Source: Candidatus Cloacimonadota bacterium
GTDB taxonomy: Bacteria > Cloacimonadota > Cloacimonadia > G963667145
Length of the DNA stretch: 64,000 bases
Direction of reading: 5' to 3'
Assembly: GCA_963676615.1 (NCBI GenBank)
Contig: OY781092.1
Location: 1,152,001-1,216,000, forward strand
The notes under the pieces are model-generated. The model worked only from the letters and a program-made list of their open reading frames with translations, was not told the DNA's origin and made no database searches. Position numbers and translations under genes: made by a program. Of the stretch, positions 1-10,001 are shown one piece after another. How positions within the stretch are numbered: position 1 is the stretch's first letter; every line of letters starts with the position of its first letter.

Positions 1-131
1 GCTCTATGGGACCGAAAGTTGAAGCGGCAATGCGTTTCGTCCGTTCTACTGGCAAAAAATCGATCATCACTTCTTTGGACAAAGCAGGCGACGCCCTTGC
101 AGGAAAAACAGGAACGATAATAAGCGCGTAA
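1..131 (+). CDS. arcC: Carbamate kinase, C-terminal fragment (gene starts before the window)
   Basis: The frame from nt 3 reads [42 protein letters not shown], matching the conserved (G)SMxPK...GxxGT carbamate kinase C-terminus. Confidence 0.88.
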   Translation, partial: SMGPKVEAAMRFVRSTGKKSIITSLDKAGDALAGKTGTIISA

Positions 132-153
132 AAAACGCTTCGAAAAACAAATT

Positions 154-180
154 AAGCCGAGTTTTTACTCGGCTTTTTTT
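154..180 (+). terminator. Intrinsic terminator after arcC
   Basis: Hairpin AAGCCGAGT-TTTT-ACTCGGCTT running into a T tract. Confidence 0.8.
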
Positions 181-226
181 TATGTACAAACTCCAGCAAT
201 CCTGCTCGAAATTTTTGGCTAGACAC

Positions 227-256
227 AAAAAAAAGCGACCCATTTCTGAGTCGCTT
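227..256 (-). terminator. Intrinsic terminator for the minus-strand operon
   Basis: AAGCGAC/GTCGCTT stem with an A8 tract on + (U tract on -), just past the stop at 280. Confidence 0.7.
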
Positions 257-279
257 ATTTTTTCTTAAAAACCAGAGAA

Positions 280-1758
280 CTAATCTTTCAAAAGTCCAAC
301 ATCTTTGTTGAATTGTTTGATTTTCTCGTCCCAATATTCCATACAGTCCATTCTCTCGTCCCAATAATTTTCATCATACCATTGAGCGTTGATCTCCTCG
401 ACCGTCTTGCCTTGTTGCTCTACCCAAGTGAAATATTTAAGGTTGTGCATTCTCTTTTTGTCGGTATAAGTAAGCTCCATTGTGTGCTCTGTGTCAAGCC
501 CCAACATAGAAGCCTCATACGCAACCGCCGCAGCCACATTGTCGAACTTGCCCTTTTGCTCGGTTTGCTCTTTCATACGAGACTGATACATCTCCATAGA
601 GTCCGTAGCCACAGTCACCAAACAATCTTTCTCGTTCATCTCATAATATTTCGCCATCTTGATAGTTCCCATCAAGTTCGCAATACTAGAAATTCCCAAA
701 AGCTTCAACTGATCAATAGTCGCTTGGTCAACGCCTTTAGCTTTAAGCAATTTGTGACCCTCTGGCTCGTTGAAAAGACGCATAATCTCCATATTCGCCT
801 CATCGTCCACGCCAATAACCATATCGGTATTTTTCATATTGTGAACCCAAGGAACATGCTTATCGCCGATACCCTCGATTTTGTGTCCACCAAAACCGTT
901 CTCCAGCAAAGTTGGACATTGATAAGCCTCACCAGCAGCCAACTTAACCGTTGGAGAATGATACTTCTTCAGATAATCAGCAGCAGCCAAAGTTCCCGCA
1001 GAACCTTGAGTAAGGAAAACACCAGCCAATCTTTGACCAGCCTTAGCGTTCTTATCAAAAACCTCTTTCATCGCTCTACCTGTCACATTATAGTGCCACA
1101 TACAGTTTCCGAAATTCTCGAACTGATTGAAGTTCAACACAGCGTCGCCTCTCTCCTCAACCAACTCTTTCGCCTTGTCATAAATCTCCTTCACATTCGA
1201 CTCACAACCAGGAGTAGCAAAAACTTCCGCACCAATCTCACGAAGCCAATCGAACCTCTCTTGGCTCATCTCCTCTGGCAAAATCGCAATCGAGCTATAA
1301 CCCAAAAGATAAGAATCGTAAGCACCGCCACGGCAATAGTTACCCGTAGAAGGCCAGATCGCTTTTTGCGTTGTCGGATCGAACTCACCAGCGGTCATCG
1401 CTTGGATAAGCGGACCGTAGGTAGCACCCACTTTGTGCGCGCCAGTCGGGAAATATTTACCAACCAAAACAAAAATTCTGGAATCAACACCAGAAATTGC
1501 CTTTGGAATCTCCACGAAATTAACATCGCCAAAGCCTTTACCCTCTTTTTGAGGATCGTTAACTCTTTCGTTTTTCCAAGTAATACGGAACAAATTCGCA
1601 GGATCAAGATCCCAAATCGACAAATTTTTCAACTTGTCCTTAATGCTTTGTGGAATAGTCTCAGGATTGATTTGTTGCGCCATTGTAGGCAAAATCACAT
1701 TCCTTTTACGGCACTGCTCAACAGCGGTTTGATAGACCTCTTGTTTGGTTTTAGCCAT
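280..1758 (-). CDS. Fold-type II PLP-dependent enzyme (cysteine synthase/threonine dehydratase-like), substrate unknown
   Basis: PTGAHKVG (PLP lysine), STGNY, GSAGT phosphate-binding loop, IEGIG. Confidence 0.85.
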   Translation of the reverse strand: MAKTKQEVYQTAVEQCRKRNVILPTMAQQINPETIPQSIKDKLKNLSIWDLDPANLFRITWKNERVNDPQKEGKGFGDVNFVEIPKAISGVDSRIFVLVGKYFPTGAHKVGATYGPLIQAMTAGEFDPTTQKAIWPSTGNYCRGGAYDSYLLGYSSIAILPEEMSQERFDWLREIGAEVFATPGCESNVKEIYDKAKELVEERGDAVLNFNQFENFGNCMWHYNVTGRAMKEVFDKNAKAGQRLAGVFLTQGSAGTLAAADYLKKYHSPTVKLAAGEAYQCPTLLENGFGGHKIEGIGDKHVPWVHNMKNTDMVIGVDDEANMEIMRLFNEPEGHKLLKAKGVDQATIDQLKLLGISSIANLMGTIKMAKYYEMNEKDCLVTVATDSMEMYQSRMKEQTEQKGKFDNVAAAVAYEASMLGLDTEHTMELTYTDKKRMHNLKYFTWVEQQGKTVEEINAQWYDENYWDERMDCMEYWDEKIKQFNKDVGLLKD

Positions 1759-1783
1759 TTTTTATCTCCTTAATCTATAGTAT

Positions 1784-2662
1784 TTATTTTTTTACTTTTT
1801 GAATAATATTACCCTTTATTTGCGAAACGACAATTCCTGTCAACATAAAAACGCAACCGATTTGTCCTCTTGGAGTTATGGATTCGCCCAAAATAAAATA
1901 ACCGCCCAAAGCGGCAAAAACTGTCTCAAAACTCAAAATAATCGCCGCTGGCGTGGGCTCCACCATTTTCTGACCAACCACCTGCAAAGTGTAAGCAAGA
2001 CCAACAGAAAAAACACCCGCATAAAAAATCGCCCAAAAACCATCTCGCACACCCGCATAGCTAACGCTCTCAAAAATCCCAGCACAAACAAGACTAAGCA
2101 GCCCACACACCAAAAACTGCAAAAGACTCAGAACCAAAGCGTCTATCGAAGCCAAAAAAATGTCGATGCTCACCACATGAAACGCAAAACAAATCGCACA
2201 AAGAAAAACCAAAAAATCACCAAAATTTATCTGTCCGCCAAAATCTTTCACCGCCAAAAAATACAAGCCCCAAAACGCCAGAAAACAGCCAATCCACATC
2301 GCTTTGCCAGCTTTTTTCCCAAAAAAAATCCCCAAAAAAGGCACCAAAACCACATACAAACCCGTGATAAAACCAGCGCTGCCTGTGGTCGTATATTGGA
2401 TACCGAACTGCTGCAAAGTCGCTCCCGAAAAAAGAAAAAGCCCCGAAATTGCACCACAGCGCAAATTTTTACGCGTAAAAATTTTAGACTTTTTCCCAAA
2501 AAAATAAGCAAAAAACAGCAAAACAACAAACCCCAAAAGAAAACGAAAACAGTTGTAATAAAAGGGTGAAACAAAACCAGAGCCGATTTTTTGCGCCACA
2601 AAAGCTGTGCCCCAGATAAACGCCGTGAGCATCAAAAGTGCTTGCGAAAAGATATTTTTCAT
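1784..2662 (-). CDS. DMT/EamA family transporter
   Basis: About 10 TM segments, IWGTAF start, duplicated EamA pattern. Confidence 0.9.
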   Translation of the reverse strand: MKNIFSQALLMLTAFIWGTAFVAQKIGSGFVSPFYYNCFRFLLGFVVLLFFAYFFGKKSKIFTRKNLRCGAISGLFLFSGATLQQFGIQYTTTGSAGFITGLYVVLVPFLGIFFGKKAGKAMWIGCFLAFWGLYFLAVKDFGGQINFGDFLVFLCAICFAFHVVSIDIFLASIDALVLSLLQFLVCGLLSLVCAGIFESVSYAGVRDGFWAIFYAGVFSVGLAYTLQVVGQKMVEPTPAAIILSFETVFAALGGYFILGESITPRGQIGCVFMLTGIVVSQIKGNIIQKVKK

Positions 2663-2685
2663 CTTTCAAATTTGAATGAAAAAAA

Positions 2686-3597
2686 CTAGCCCAAAATTTC
2701 GTCGTAAGTCTTAAAATGCGTTTTGCAAATCAGCGGCAATTTTTCTTTGGAGAACCTGGCGACAAACTCGCGCGCATCTTTTTCTACGAACGAAGAAGCC
2801 CCTTTGTGCAGCGGGAAACCGCACTTTTTCGACAAAATCGTCATCTGTTTCAAAAATTCCGCTCTAGCCAAAATCGACGCCGCAGCAACCGCCAAATCGT
2901 CCTCTGCCTTTTCCCGAAAGATACAAGGAATCTGCAAAAACTCCGCTGGAGCAAAATCTTTTAACATTCTCTCGCTGGTAAATTTATCAATCACCACACC
3001 CTGAAAATCGACCGCCTGCTTCAGCTTTAAGACAGCGGCGGTGTGCAGCCAAACCATCATATGATTTAGCTTCTGCCCTCTTTCCCGAAACTCGGCGTAA
3101 ATTTTGTTGTATTTTTCGGGCAATAACGCCAACACACGGCAATTATGCGGGAATTCTCGATAGAGAGCCGAGGCAATCCCCACGATTTTTCGATCGTCCA
3201 ACTTTTTGCAATCGTCCACGCCCAAATCTTGCAACCTGTTCAAAATGCTCTTATCCGCCACAAAACCAGCCACCACTAGCGGTCCAAAAAAATCACCCTT
3301 GCCCGATTCGTCTGTGCCTGCCCAGCGGCTCCAGCTATGCTTTTTGGCTGGAATCGACTTTGACAAGCCACAAATCTCCTGCAATTTTGCCGCAAGAGAG
3401 GTCTCTTTTTTGCCGCCAAGCACAATCGAAACGCCTTTTTTTTCGGAAAAATAGATGTTCAAATTATTTTTCTCGTTACCCGAGCGAAAATATAAAGCTA
3501 CCCCATACGGAATAGCTTTTTTTTGGACAAGTTCTATCTCTGGCAGCTTCTGGACTCGCTCCAGCAGCCGCTCTAACGCTTGATGTAGCGAGTTCAT
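2686..3597 (-). CDS. rnhC: Ribonuclease HIII
   Basis: GTDESGKGDFFGPLVV, VAAASILAR and KTHFKT motifs plus an N-terminal extension. Confidence 0.88.
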   Translation of the reverse strand: MNSLHQALERLLERVQKLPEIELVQKKAIPYGVALYFRSGNEKNNLNIYFSEKKGVSIVLGGKKETSLAAKLQEICGLSKSIPAKKHSWSRWAGTDESGKGDFFGPLVVAGFVADKSILNRLQDLGVDDCKKLDDRKIVGIASALYREFPHNCRVLALLPEKYNKIYAEFRERGQKLNHMMVWLHTAAVLKLKQAVDFQGVVIDKFTSERMLKDFAPAEFLQIPCIFREKAEDDLAVAAASILARAEFLKQMTILSKKCGFPLHKGASSFVEKDAREFVARFSKEKLPLICKTHFKTYDEILG

Positions 3598-5189
3598 TTC
3601 TCTTTTTTGTGCGCTTTAATATATTTTTTCGAGTTTCTAAAAACCTGCTCAGTGTTGTTCGCGCCCTGCAAAATTTCCAGCGCAGCCTTCACATCTGGGT
3701 CAACATTCAGCAACTTTTTTTGCGCAACATTCGGCGAGAATTTCCGCCGCAAAATTTCCGACTCCAGCCGCACCTTGATTTTGTTGTAAACAGAATCGAC
3801 GCTGCTTTTTTTCGTCTCGATTTTCTGATTATTTTTCACATATTTTACAAAATCGACTATCGTTCGCGAGTCTGCCTCAAAAAATTCGTCGATATTGTCG
3901 GCGTTTTCGTTAAAATAATTCACAGAATAGTCGAAATAAGAGTTGTTCAAAATAAAATCTTTTTCCAGCTGGCTGTACTCCTCTTCTTCCACCTCAACAT
4001 CGGGCAAAATTCCGCCGCCGCCATAAACTTTACGACCGCCTAAAGTATTGAAAACCTTGTGTTTATTGTTCTCTTTATACTCTTTCATTTTCTCTTTGAG
4101 GAACTCTTTGCTGATCGTGTCGCTGTAATTTTTGATAATCGAGTCGTTGAACGAGTTGTGCACGCAGCGCCCAGATGGGACATAATATTTGGCGATGGTC
4201 ATCTTGATGCCTTCCGCATTGGGCAATGTGTAGGTCTGCTGCACAGAGCCTTTGCCATACGACTGCGAGCCGATAATCAGCGCTTTATCATAATCTTGCA
4301 GAACGCCCGCAAAAATCTCCGAGGCGCTGGCAGAACCACTATTTACCAAAACAACCAGCGGCACATCTCCGATAGACGCAGGATAGTTGGAGTAGTAATT
4401 TTTGGTAAAACTGCTGTTTTTGCCTTTGGTGGTCAACAAAAGTTTGCCCTTGTCCACAAATTCGTCCAAAATTGTCAGAGCCTCCTGCAGCAAACCGCCA
4501 GGATTGTTCCGCAAATCGATAATGTATTTGGTCGCCCCTTTCTCCTTCAGCTCCCGCAAAGCTCCGATAAAATCTTCGGTCGTGTTTCCGTTAAATTGGC
4601 GAAGCTTGACATAGCCGATATCGCCGCCAAGCAAGAACTTATACGGAACGCTGGAGACATTTATCACCGCGCGCTCCAAATCGAAATCTTTGGTCTGGTC
4701 GAACCTTTTCACCGTAACTTTGACCTTCGTGCCGGGCTTCCCCTTGAGCTTTTTTATCAACTCATTAATATCCAAACCCACAACATCCTCGCCGTCCACA
4801 GCGATAATCTTGTCGCCAGACATCATCCCCGCTTTGAGCGCAGGCGAATCCTCGATCGGTTCTACAACCGTCACATACTTTCCCATCGTGGAGATAACAA
4901 TACCCAGACCGCCAAAATGCCCGCTGGTCTGCTCAAAAAAGCTTTTGAACTCCTTTTCTGTATAAAAAGCTGTGTGCGGATCCAACTCCTCAATCATCCC
5001 CTTGATTGCATTGTTCACCAGCTCTTGCGTCGAAATATCGCCGTCATAATTTTGCCGAACCAGCTTTAGAACCTGCATCAAAGATTGCACATCCCGAAAA
5101 TTATCGGTCTCGTCCGCCAACACCAAAAACGGAAGCGACAACAACCAAACAAATATCAAAAATTTTCTCAATTTTTCCTCCCTAAACAA
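3594..5189 (-). CDS. ctpA: S41 family C-terminal processing protease with PDZ domain
   Basis: LDPHT, GGLGI (PDZ), DLRNNPGGLL, SASASEI, GKGSVQ; signal peptide. Confidence 0.93.
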   Translation of the reverse strand: MFREEKLRKFLIFVWLLSLPFLVLADETDNFRDVQSLMQVLKLVRQNYDGDISTQELVNNAIKGMIEELDPHTAFYTEKEFKSFFEQTSGHFGGLGIVISTMGKYVTVVEPIEDSPALKAGMMSGDKIIAVDGEDVVGLDINELIKKLKGKPGTKVKVTVKRFDQTKDFDLERAVINVSSVPYKFLLGGDIGYVKLRQFNGNTTEDFIGALRELKEKGATKYIIDLRNNPGGLLQEALTILDEFVDKGKLLLTTKGKNSSFTKNYYSNYPASIGDVPLVVLVNSGSASASEIFAGVLQDYDKALIIGSQSYGKGSVQQTYTLPNAEGIKMTIAKYYVPSGRCVHNSFNDSIIKNYSDTISKEFLKEKMKEYKENNKHKVFNTLGGRKVYGGGGILPDVEVEEEEYSQLEKDFILNNSYFDYSVNYFNENADNIDEFFEADSRTIVDFVKYVKNNQKIETKKSSVDSVYNKIKVRLESEILRRKFSPNVAQKKLLNVDPDVKAALEILQGANNTEQVFRNSKKYIKAHKKEK

Positions 5190-5201
5190 AAAATAAGGAA
5201 A

Positions 5202-5804
5202 CTATCTCTTTTTCAAAACGCTCAAAATTTGAGCATGAATATCTTCAATAGGCTTTTGCCCGTCGAGCACAACCACTCTTTTTGGAAAAAGCTCCGCCAA
5301 TTTATCGAACCCCTTGATGAGCCGCTCGTGACGCTCCAAACTCGCTTCTTCAAACTTGTCTTTCTCTTTTGAACTCAGCCGTTTTTGCGACTCCTGCAAA
5401 CTCACACGCAGATAAAAAGTGATATCGGGCGTAATCCCTTGCGTGCTAAATCGGTTAATCCACTCAATATCCTGAATCTGCAAATCTCCGGCAAACCCCT
5501 GATACACCAGCGAAGAATCGCTGAACCTGTCACAAACCACCTGATAACCTTTTTGCAATTTAGGCAAAATATGCTTGGCGCAATGCTCGCTCCGAACGGC
5601 GCTAAACAGCAAAAAAGCGCTCTTATCGCTAAGCTCAACCTGTCTATCGTGCAACAAAATATTCCGAATACTCTCGGCAAAATAAAAGCCGCCCGGCTCT
5701 CTGGTCAAAAAACTTTTTGCCCCAGAATTTAGAAAGTGTTTATGCAAAAGAGAAGCTTGCGTGCTTTTCCCACAAGCTTCTACACCTTCAAAAGTAATAA
5801 ACAT
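5202..5804 (-). CDS. tmk: Thymidylate kinase
   Basis: FITFEGVEACGKST, TREPGG, DRFSDSS. Confidence 0.95.
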   Translation of the reverse strand: MFITFEGVEACGKSTQASLLHKHFLNSGAKSFLTREPGGFYFAESIRNILLHDRQVELSDKSAFLLFSAVRSEHCAKHILPKLQKGYQVVCDRFSDSSLVYQGFAGDLQIQDIEWINRFSTQGITPDITFYLRVSLQESQKRLSSKEKDKFEEASLERHERLIKGFDKLAELFPKRVVVLDGQKPIEDIHAQILSVLKKR

Positions 5805-5816
5805 AAACTTTTTTTA

Positions 5817-6374
5817 CTAGACCGTCAAAATATCTTTTTCTTTATTTTTGACCGCCACATCAACCTTTTCCACCCACTCATCCGTCAAACTCTGAACGCT
5901 TTTGAGCAAATTTTTTTGGTCGTCTTCGGAAATATCGCCAGCTTTCTCCAGCTTTTTCCCCTGCTCGTTGGCGTCCCGACGCACATTCCGCAAAGCCACT
6001 TTACAACTCTCGCCTCGCTTTTTCACATCCTTGACAATCTCCTGGCGCTTTTCTTGCGTAAGCGGCGGAAAAGGCAAGCGGATAACCACACCATCGTTTT
6101 CGGGCGTCACACCCAAATTCGACGAAAGCACCGCCTTTTCTATCTCCTTAAGAGTCGATTTATCCCACGGCTGCAAAACAATCATCCGCGCCTCTGGCAC
6201 AGAAATCTTGCACATCTGCTTCAACGGCGTCTGCTGCCCGTAATAATCGACCATCACCCTATCCAACACGCCCGCATTCGCTTTGCCCGCAACAATCTTG
6301 CTATAATCGCCAAGCAGACTATTAAAAGCCTCTTCCATCTTCTTTTTTGCAATATCCAAAGTCTCTTTCGTCAT
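5817..6374 (-). CDS. frr: Ribosome recycling factor
   Basis: RRF sequence (VDYYGQQTPL, NDGVVIRL, RNVRRD); follows pyrH. Confidence 0.96.
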   Translation of the reverse strand: MTKETLDIAKKKMEEAFNSLLGDYSKIVAGKANAGVLDRVMVDYYGQQTPLKQMCKISVPEARMIVLQPWDKSTLKEIEKAVLSSNLGVTPENDGVVIRLPFPPLTQEKRQEIVKDVKKRGESCKVALRNVRRDANEQGKKLEKAGDISEDDQKNLLKSVQSLTDEWVEKVDVAVKNKEKDILTV

Positions 6375-6386
6375 TTCCTTGCTCCT

Positions 6387-7085
6387 CTAGTTCGTCACCA
6401 CCGTGCCAACGCTTTGCTCCAAAATCACTTTCTTCAAATTTTTCGGTTTGCTGACATCAAAAACGACAATTTTTTTCTGATTATCTTTTGCCAGAGCAAA
6501 AGCGGTAGAATCCATAATCCGCAAACTTTCGCTAAGCGCCTGCTCGTAAGTCAAACTCTTGTAAAGCTTTGCCTTAGGAAACTTCCGCGGATCTTTATCG
6601 AAAACACCTTCCACATTCGTGCCTTTCACCAAAAAATCGCACTCCGTCTCAATCGCCCGCAAAACACCAGCTGTATCGGTCGTAAAATACGGATTGCCGA
6701 CTCCGCCAGCAAAAAAACAGATATGCCCTTTTTGCAAAGCCGACTTCGCCAAAGCAGGCGTGTAACTCTCACAAATATAAGGCATTTGAACAATCGAAAA
6801 AACTCGCGCCTTAACGCCCTTGTTGCGGATAACCCCGCTAAGCATCAGCGCGTTCTGAATCGTCGCCAGCATCCCGATATTATCGCCCGTGAGCTGATCG
6901 ATGCCCACACTCTTCGATCCGATTCCTCGGAAAAGATTGCCGCCACCAATAACAACAGCGAGTTCTACGCCCGCTTGGTGAATCTCGATTATCTCGTCTG
7001 TGATCCGAGCCAAAATTTTCTCATCGAAACCTTTGCCCAAATCTCCAGCCAAAAACTCCCCACTAAGCTTGAGTAAAACTCGCAT
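6387..7085 (-). CDS. pyrH: UMP kinase
   Basis: RVLLKLSGE, GGGNLFRG, GNPYFTTD. Confidence 0.96.
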   Translation of the reverse strand: MRVLLKLSGEFLAGDLGKGFDEKILARITDEIIEIHQAGVELAVVIGGGNLFRGIGSKSVGIDQLTGDNIGMLATIQNALMLSGVIRNKGVKARVFSIVQMPYICESYTPALAKSALQKGHICFFAGGVGNPYFTTDTAGVLRAIETECDFLVKGTNVEGVFDKDPRKFPKAKLYKSLTYEQALSESLRIMDSTAFALAKDNQKKIVVFDVSKPKNLKKVILEQSVGTVVTN

Positions 7086-7111
7086 TATAAATCCTTCTTG
7101 AGCGCTTTTTT

Positions 7112-7705
7112 CTATTCGCCCAAAGCAAACCTAGCAAACCTGCTAATTTTGATGTTCTCTCCCAATTTTGCGATCAACTCGGTAATCAAATCCGAAACTT
7201 TTTTGTCGGGATCTTTCACAAAATCTTGCTCCAACAAAGTGTTCTGCTTGATATACTTGGCGATTTGCCCATCAACAATCTTCTCAACAATCTTCTCTGG
7301 CTTGCCCTCGTTCAGCGCTTTTTGCGTATAAATCTCACGCTCTTTGGCAATCAAATCTTGATCAAGCTCGTCTTGGCTCACAGCCAGCGGATTTGTCGCA
7401 GCGATGTGCATACAAATATCTTTACACAAATTTATAAAATCTTCGGTTTTGGCAACAAAATCGGTCTCGCAACTCATCTCCAAAAGCACACCCAACTTGT
7501 TGTTCGAGTGAATGTAAGAGTAAACAAGCCCCTCGTTTGTGTCTCTGTCCGACTTGCTCTCAGCCTTAGCGATTCCTTTTTCACGCAAATATTTAATCGC
7601 CTTGTCCATATCGCCATCGCACTTGAGCAAAGCTTTTTTGCAATCCATCATCCCCACGCCAGTTCTCTTCCGTAAATCCATTACCTCTTTTGCACTAATT
7701 GACAT
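7112..7705 (-). CDS. tsf: Elongation factor Ts (short form)
   Basis: LRKRTGVGMMDCKKAL, CETDFVAK. Confidence 0.97.
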   Translation of the reverse strand: MSISAKEVMDLRKRTGVGMMDCKKALLKCDGDMDKAIKYLREKGIAKAESKSDRDTNEGLVYSYIHSNNKLGVLLEMSCETDFVAKTEDFINLCKDICMHIAATNPLAVSQDELDQDLIAKEREIYTQKALNEGKPEKIVEKIVDGQIAKYIKQNTLLEQDFVKDPDKKVSDLITELIAKLGENIKISRFARFALGE

Positions 7706-7727
7706 CTTAATCTCCTAAAATTAAAAA

Positions 7728-8546
7728 CTACTCTGCAGAAACTTCTTCGCTAGAGGTCTCTTCGGCTGGAGCTTGCTCTTCAGCCTCGTTGCCCTCTGCC
7801 GCCTCTTGAGAAGCGTTGGCATCAGCCGCCTGCGCTTGCTCTTGCGTATCCTCGCCTTCTGTTGCAATCTTAGATCCTTCCGAAACTGCGTTTGCGATAG
7901 TATCAAAAATCAAGCTGACGGCTCTAATAGCGTCGTCATTGGACGGAATAGGAAAATCGATTAAATCAGGGTCCGAATTTGTATCGACCAAAGCCACGAT
8001 AGGAATATTTTTTTTCACAGCCTCTTTGATGGCGATATCGTCGTTGTTCGTGTCGGAAATCACCACAACTCCCGGCAAGCGATCCATCTTGCGAACTCCG
8101 CCAAGCGACCTCATTTTCTTATCGTATTTTTTTTGCATTTTGCCAATTTCAAACTTGGTGTAATTGTTGATTGAGCCGTCTTCCATCATCGAGTCAAACT
8201 TATCCAGCTCGCGGATGCTCCTGCGAATTGTGCTCATATTTGTCAGCATTCCGCCCAGCCATCTGGAGTTTACGAAAAACGCGCCGCACTTTTCGGCTGC
8301 TTCGCGCACAGAATCTTTGGCTTGCTTTTTGGTGCCTACAAACAAAACAGGCTCGCCCTTTTTGGCAACGCTCTTTACAAATTCGTAAGCCTCTTCTATC
8401 TTATTTACGGTTTGACCAAGATCAAGAATATGAATCCCGTTTCTCTTGATGAAAATATACTTTTTCATCTTAGGATTCCATTTGTGAGTTTGGTGACCGA
8501 AGTGAACTCCTGCCTCCAAAAGTTGTTTCATAGATACAACTGCCAT
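7728..8546 (-). CDS. rpsB: 30S ribosomal protein S2
   Basis: LLEAGVHFGH, RWLGGMLTN, PSNDDA. Confidence 0.98.
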   Translation of the reverse strand: MAVVSMKQLLEAGVHFGHQTHKWNPKMKKYIFIKRNGIHILDLGQTVNKIEEAYEFVKSVAKKGEPVLFVGTKKQAKDSVREAAEKCGAFFVNSRWLGGMLTNMSTIRRSIRELDKFDSMMEDGSINNYTKFEIGKMQKKYDKKMRSLGGVRKMDRLPGVVVISDTNNDDIAIKEAVKKNIPIVALVDTNSDPDLIDFPIPSNDDAIRAVSLIFDTIANAVSEGSKIATEGEDTQEQAQAADANASQEAAEGNEAEEQAPAEETSSEEVSAE

Positions 8547-8559
8547 TTTTTCATCTCCT

Positions 8560-8665
8560 TAATTAGCGGTTATTTATTGCCTGCTTCTAGGCGACATCTT
8601 GCAAACCTCGCTTTTGGTTCTTCCAAAAAACAAAGCACCGCTCAAGACATCCACAGCCTATATCC
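8560..8665 (-). promoter_or_regulatory. Putative rpsB (S2) autoregulatory leader RNA
   Basis: 140-nt spacer between rpsI and rpsB. On the - strand GCGGUGC (8635-8641) can pair with UAACCGC (8566-8572), like the GGGU/ACCC pseudoknot of known S2 leaders. Confidence 0.55.
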
Positions 8666-8686
8666 AGACAAGATTTTGGTAATAAA

Positions 8687-9073
8687 CTATCTTTTCGAAA
8701 ATTGTGGTTTTTTGCGAGCTTTTGGACGGCCAACAATCTTTCTCTCCACAATTCTAGAATCCCTTGTCAAAAGACCATCCTTCTTCAGCGCGCCACGCAA
8801 AGCCTCGTCATACTCCAGCAAAGCTTTTGCAACAGCCAACTTCAAAGCGTCAGCCTGAGCGGACTTGCCGCCACCTTTCACTTGTGCTTTTATATCAAAC
8901 TTTTGGGCAAGCTCGACCAATCTCAAAGGTTTTTCGATCTCCTGCAACAAAATATCTCTCTCGAAATAATCTTTCATCGGCAAATCGTTCACGATTCTCT
9001 TGCCAGTTCCCAAAGAGATTCTCACCTTTCCGATAGCTGTCTTTCTCTTTCCAACGGCGTCAAAATACTGCAT
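8687..9073 (-). CDS. rpsI: 30S ribosomal protein S9
   Basis: GKRKTA, GGGKSAQA, C-terminal QFSKR. Confidence 0.98.
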   Translation of the reverse strand: MQYFDAVGKRKTAIGKVRISLGTGKRIVNDLPMKDYFERDILLQEIEKPLRLVELAQKFDIKAQVKGGGKSAQADALKLAVAKALLEYDEALRGALKKDGLLTRDSRIVERKIVGRPKARKKPQFSKR

Positions 9074-9082
9074 AAAATCTCC

Positions 9083-9511
9083 TTAAACCTCTAAATCTTC
9101 TGGGTTTTGTGCTATGTGTGGATGCTCTGCGCCAGCGTAAACTTTCAGCTTTGTCAGCATCTGCCGTCCCAGCGGACCTTTTGGCAACATCCCTTTTACA
9201 GCGTGAATAATAATCTGCTCAGGTGTCTCCTGCAGCATTCTCTTGAATGACTTTTCTTTAAGACCACTTTGGTAACCACTATAAGTCTTATACACTTTGG
9301 CATCAGCCTTATTGCCTGTCAACCTGATCTTTTCGGCATTCACTACCACAACAAAATCGCCAGTATCCAAATTCGGCACGAAATAAGATTTGTGTTTCCC
9401 TCGCAAAATCGAGGCAACTTTGGTAGACAATCTACCCAAAACCTTATCCGTAGCATCAACCTTGAACCAAGCTCTTTCGATGTCACTCATCTTTGGTGAT
9501 ACGGTTTTCAT
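9083..9511 (-). CDS. rplM: 50S ribosomal protein L13
   Basis: LGRLST, LRGKHK, DTGDFVVVVNA, KGMLPK. Confidence 0.98.
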   Translation of the reverse strand: MKTVSPKMSDIERAWFKVDATDKVLGRLSTKVASILRGKHKSYFVPNLDTGDFVVVVNAEKIRLTGNKADAKVYKTYSGYQSGLKEKSFKRMLQETPEQIIIHAVKGMLPKGPLGRQMLTKLKVYAGAEHPHIAQNPEDLEV

Positions 9512-9850
9512 CTTCTATTTTCTCCTTAAAAAAACTCTACCCTAAAACATTACAATTTAACAATTTAAACATCTGAAACCAACCTTTCGGGACTATACGG
9601 CAAGTCACAGAACGCAAAGGAAAAATTGCTCGGCAAAATGTCAAATACTTTAGCCGAAGAAATTTGCTCGTTCGGTCAATTTGAGAATTTTTACTTTTGG
9701 CAAAGAAAAGCGTTTGCCTTTTTTGTGCAAGACAAAAAATGACTGGATTTTTATCTATGTAGAAATGAAGAGCTAGGACTAATTTCAACTTTTCCTGACA
9801 ACTCTTACCCGCTTTAAAGCACCAGCGACAAAGCCTCTCCTTGCTCTTCT

Positions 9851-9878
9851 CCCTCATTCTCGCGGAAGCGGGAATCCA
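9851..9878 (+). repeat. REP-like palindrome, copy 1
   Basis: CCCTCATTCTCGCGGAAGCGGGAATCCA; a second copy lies inverted at 23160-23187. Confidence 0.75.
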
Positions 9879-9949
9879 TCTCTAACAGCGTTCTGCGAAA
9901 AATGGTCGGGTGATGACAGGTTTAACTTTTAACTAATACCTAATACCTG

Positions 9950-10001
9950 TCTGACACCAAAATAGGGGCTTATCATCTGCTGCTTAAATTTTGGTGTCAG
10001 A
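9950..10001. repeat. 52-bp hairpin/mini-MITE-like repeat, copy 1
   Basis: Perfect 14-bp inverted ends TCTGACACCAAAAT/ATTTTGGTGTCAGA; core 9954-9997 is 40/44 identical to 23088-23131. Confidence 0.8.

Noticed and set aside
313..1773. 486-aa + strand ORF and similar long antisense ORFs (4059-5069, 5736-7076, 16413-17441, 18045-19457, 26920-28017, 55024-55998)
   Set aside because: They shadow well-recognised genes on the opposite strand and show no recognisable motifs; codon bias of the real genes explains them.
7112..7705. Short EF-Ts as a truncation
   Set aside because: The ~200-aa form is a known natural variant and the C-terminal RF motif is intact.
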